Shown: piece by piece, positions 61,096-64,000 of the stretch
Numbering within the stretch: the stretch's first letter is position 1
Layout: every line of letters begins with the position of its first letter
From: Diplonema japonicum
Lineage: Eukaryota > Protista > Euglenozoa: Diplonemea
Assembly: GCA_964019335.1 (NCBI GenBank)
Contig: OZ025744.1
Span: forward strand, 62,001 to 126,000
Length of the DNA stretch: 64,000 bases
Direction: 5' to 3'
Position numbers and translations under genes: made by a program
The notes under the pieces: model-generated
Database searches by the model: none
Told to the model about the DNA's origin: nothing
What the model saw: only the letters and a program-made list of their open reading frames with translations

Positions 61096-62664
61096 TCACC
61101 CTCTCAAAATTCTTCCCAAGCACGCAGCGACGTAAGGCAGCAACAGGAACCTATAGAACACCCACGGGATGGACGTCAGCAGTTCGGGATGCGGGACCGC
61201 AACGTAAATAACCGGCAAAAGCGACAGCACGAGCACGGTTTTGAACAACCTCCCACCGACGGACCCACAAGGCCGGGCAACGTTCGACAAAAACGCCACT
61301 ACAGGCGAGGCGAACAGCGCCAACGGGCAGTAGTGCACGGTGCAGCTCGCGATAAATATTGTCGACACCCAAGTAAACCCGAAGTGAAGCGGCACAAACA
61401 CGCCTTTAGGTATGATGAACGCCACGGGAATCACCGCAATTAGGTGGAAACCGCTCAAAAAAGCGAGTAAAATACCGAACCCGACACGATACGGCTGTTC
61501 ATCTACAGAAAAGCTGGACGCGACGGAGGACGCGATCCCAATCCAGATTACGGCCTGCACGGTGTCGTAGTCCACAAAATGGTTGTTGTTCGTGTAGAAG
61601 TAGATCCAAAAAGATTGGTGCAACCGTTCGCAGAGATTGTTCATACCCCTCAGGATCCCGACGATAACAGCGGAGGTTTCCAGTATATTATCGTGGGAAT
61701 TACCGGTGTTCCCTTCGCCTTTCAGTGTTACAGCGTGTACCCCAACATCACGTAGAGAAGTATGCACCGCTCCTTCTGAACACAACGCGGCATGGCAATA
61801 TCCCCAAAACGACCAAAAATTGTTCCAAAGCTCCTTTGCAGAACCCGTTCGTGGGTTGGGAAGAACGGCGACCATCAAATTCCACAAAAATCCCCATTCG
61901 TCTTCTGGGTACACGGGAAGACGCTTCTCACCTCCTTGAAAAACAGTGTACGCGGACTTATTCTTGAATAAAGCAGAGACGGAATTGACCAGATCCATGT
62001 TCGGCTGGTACGCATTTGTAGATAGGGTTTGTAAATGGGTGATCGAGTGTTGGTGATTTGAATTGTGATAATCCAACGCAATACAAGCTTTAATGAAACC
62101 AGTATTAAGATGGAATTCACGACCGGACGTTTCTGTGAGATATTTCGAGAAGTTTTCAACGCCGGTTCTGTAGGATTCCCCGCCTACAACCACCAGATAA
62201 ACATCCAGACCTAGATATGCTTCGCCGGAAACCTTTGCGAGGATTTCAAGAGACAGAGAGAGGGATACTGTGTCTCTCCACCACACGGTTATGAGAAACG
62301 CGGAGCTGCCGAAGCCCCGGTCTGATTCCACTTTGATTATTCTGTTTTTTGTGCCGTTTTGTACTTCTAAAAGCCCGCCCTTGATCCTGGTTTTTACGAA
62401 GGATTCTGTTAGTTCGCCCCATCCGTTTTCCCCTGCTTTTTTTAACTCTTCTGCGACAGACAGCACCCTCGCCACGTCCTGGCGGACGATGGGGTTCCTC
62501 GTGCCGCCTATCATCAGCGAATTCTCGGAGAAGTACGTCCCCCTGGAAAAATTCAAAGGGAGCAACACTGTTCCCGCCACGCTTGCGGCGCATAGGAGCA
62601 GCGCAATGGTTTTGATGTGCTTTATGAGGATGCTGAATAGAATCTTTTTGAGTCCGAGGCCCAT
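61096..62664 (-). CDS. GAA1: GPI transamidase subunit GAA1/GPAA1
   Basis: N-terminal TM then TYFSENSLM; PNMDLVN; RGMNNLCERLHQSFWIY; multiple C-terminal TMs. Confidence 0.88.
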   Translation of the reverse strand: MGLGLKKILFSILIKHIKTIALLLCAASVAGTVLLPLNFSRGTYFSENSLMIGGTRNPIVRQDVARVLSVAEELKKAGENGWGELTESFVKTRIKGGLLEVQNGTKNRIIKVESDRGFGSSAFLITVWWRDTVSLSLSLEILAKVSGEAYLGLDVYLVVVGGESYRTGVENFSKYLTETSGREFHLNTGFIKACIALDYHNSNHQHSITHLQTLSTNAYQPNMDLVNSVSALFKNKSAYTVFQGGEKRLPVYPEDEWGFLWNLMVAVLPNPRTGSAKELWNNFWSFWGYCHAALCSEGAVHTSLRDVGVHAVTLKGEGNTGNSHDNILETSAVIVGILRGMNNLCERLHQSFWIYFYTNNNHFVDYDTVQAVIWIGIASSVASSFSVDEQPYRVGFGILLAFLSGFHLIAVIPVAFIIPKGVFVPLHFGFTWVSTIFIASCTVHYCPLALFASPVVAFLSNVARPCGSVGGRLFKTVLVLSLLPVIYVAVPHPELLTSIPWVFYRFLLLPYVAACLGRILRG

Positions 62665-63047
62665 TTTTTTTTTTTTTACACCACTTTTTTTTTTTTCCTA
62701 TTTTGTAATGGGAGGTTTTTTTTTGGGGGGGGGGAGACGGAATATAAAAATAAATAAAATAAAATAAGAAACATTGCTTTCACGAAAGTGGGGGGGGGGG
62801 GGTGGAGGGCAAAAAATTAAATAATAGCCTCCCCTCCCATATTTTGCAGATGAAAAAAAAAAGAAAAAGAAATAGGTGCCTTTTTTTTTTCCTGCAGGGG
62901 TTTCACCCTGTCATTTTCTTCTTCTTCATGTGGCTCGCTTTTTGTTTTAGATATTTCTTTCTTCTATTTATGCACCCCCCCCATTTTTTTTCCTCTTTGC
63001 GGTTGAGCCTCATGTGAAGGCACGCTTTAGCACAGTAGCTGGAAGGG

Positions 63048-63078
<31 letters not shown>

Positions 63079-63154
63079 AAGAGGACTGGCCATTTTTCTA
63101 TTATTCTCAGGCCCTTTTTTTCTTCTTCTTCTTCTTCCCTGTTTGTTTTTTTTT

Positions 63155-63729
63155 TTTTATTTCACTCTTCGTCATTTTCTTCACTCACTAGGGGCCTCAT
63201 TATTTAACGCGAAATGGCCATTATTTAACGCGAAACGGCCATTATTTAACGCGAAATCGCCATTATTTAACTAGTTAAATAATGAGATTTTGCAGTTAAA
63301 TAATGGCCCTTCAGAGTGAAAAAATGGGTCTTGTCGTGGAAAAAAATGCACCCAACCCCTTGAAAAAATTTTTTGGGGTGGGGGTATTTTGACTATTTTT
63401 GGCCATCTGAGGCCATTCCAGCCCTTAAAAGTGGGAATAAGTGCCTTACTTCCCCTTTAAATGCCACGGCGAAATAGCTACCCTGTATTACCTTAGGAAA
63501 ATCCCCAAAAAGCTGACCTGCGTGAAAAAAAACAGCAGTGAAAGCAGTGAAGAGTGAGTGACTCAAATGACGAAGAGTGAAATAAAACGACTTACTTGCC
63601 GCCAAATGAGCCATTATTTAACACTCGTTACCCGTTTTTTTGCACTCGGGCCCTGCGGGCCCTCGTGCAAAAAATTCGGGAACTCGAGTTAAATAATGAC
63701 TCATTATTTGTTGGCAATAAATAGTTATT
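63155..63729 (+). mobile_element. Non-autonomous Crypton-like element, family B, copy 2
   Basis: Near-identical to 11604-12179 over its whole length, with unrelated T-rich flanks. Confidence 0.9.
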
Positions 63730-64000
63730 TTTCTCTTTCTTTTTTCTTTTTTTTTTCTGTTGCCTCACAATATTTTTTTTTTAAGACTTTTTTTTTCAGT
63801 GTGCAGGAGGGCTGCTCGCTACTAAAAGGGGAAAAAAAGAGTTGGTTTTTTAGATTTTTTTTTTTTTTTGCACGGTATAAACCTTGGGGATAAATACTGC
63901 ATGTTGCCACTCCTCTTTTTTTCTCATAACAATAAACTAAGCAGTACTTTAAGAAATAAAAAAAAAAAAAAAAAAAAAAAAAAACACCATTCGATCACCG

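Overview
Eukaryotic genomic DNA, most likely from a euglenozoan protist and probably a diplonemid. This is an inference from the single-strand gene cluster, a WCPPC tryparedoxin-type gene and a Cys-rich C-terminal domain I recognise from diplonemid proteins. About 28 host genes all lie on the minus strand, separated by short intergenic regions full of A/T/G/C homopolymers. Recognisable genes include a WD40/EF-hand protein, LRR proteins, a GH33 sialidase-like protein, three ubiquitin-like+LRR paralogues, a tail-anchored tryparedoxin, condensin CAP-G, POLD2, a GNAT, a TBC RabGAP, a giant Calx-beta-repeat surface protein, VAMP7, Hsp31/DJ-1, SufC and GAA1. Several genes are interrupted by tiny (37-69 nt) GT-AG introns, often with an A-tract rather than a pyrimidine tract before the AG. 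The most striking unexplained structure is a group of tyrosine-recombinase (Crypton-like) elements: two carry recombinase remnants, two are near-identical 575-bp non-coding copies, and there are several fragments. They share one asymmetric layout (left terminal IR, subterminal right IR, terminal hairpin, AATAGTTATT end). In two families the stems are repeatedly interrupted by CGAG/CGAG tandem G.A mismatches and capped by GNA triloops, which suggests recombination on folded single-stranded DNA. Also present are non-LTR retrotransposon copies that abut poly(T) instead of ending in poly(A), and foldback/MITE-like repeats. No rRNA, tRNA or CRISPR was seen. Homopolymer lengths may contain sequencing error.
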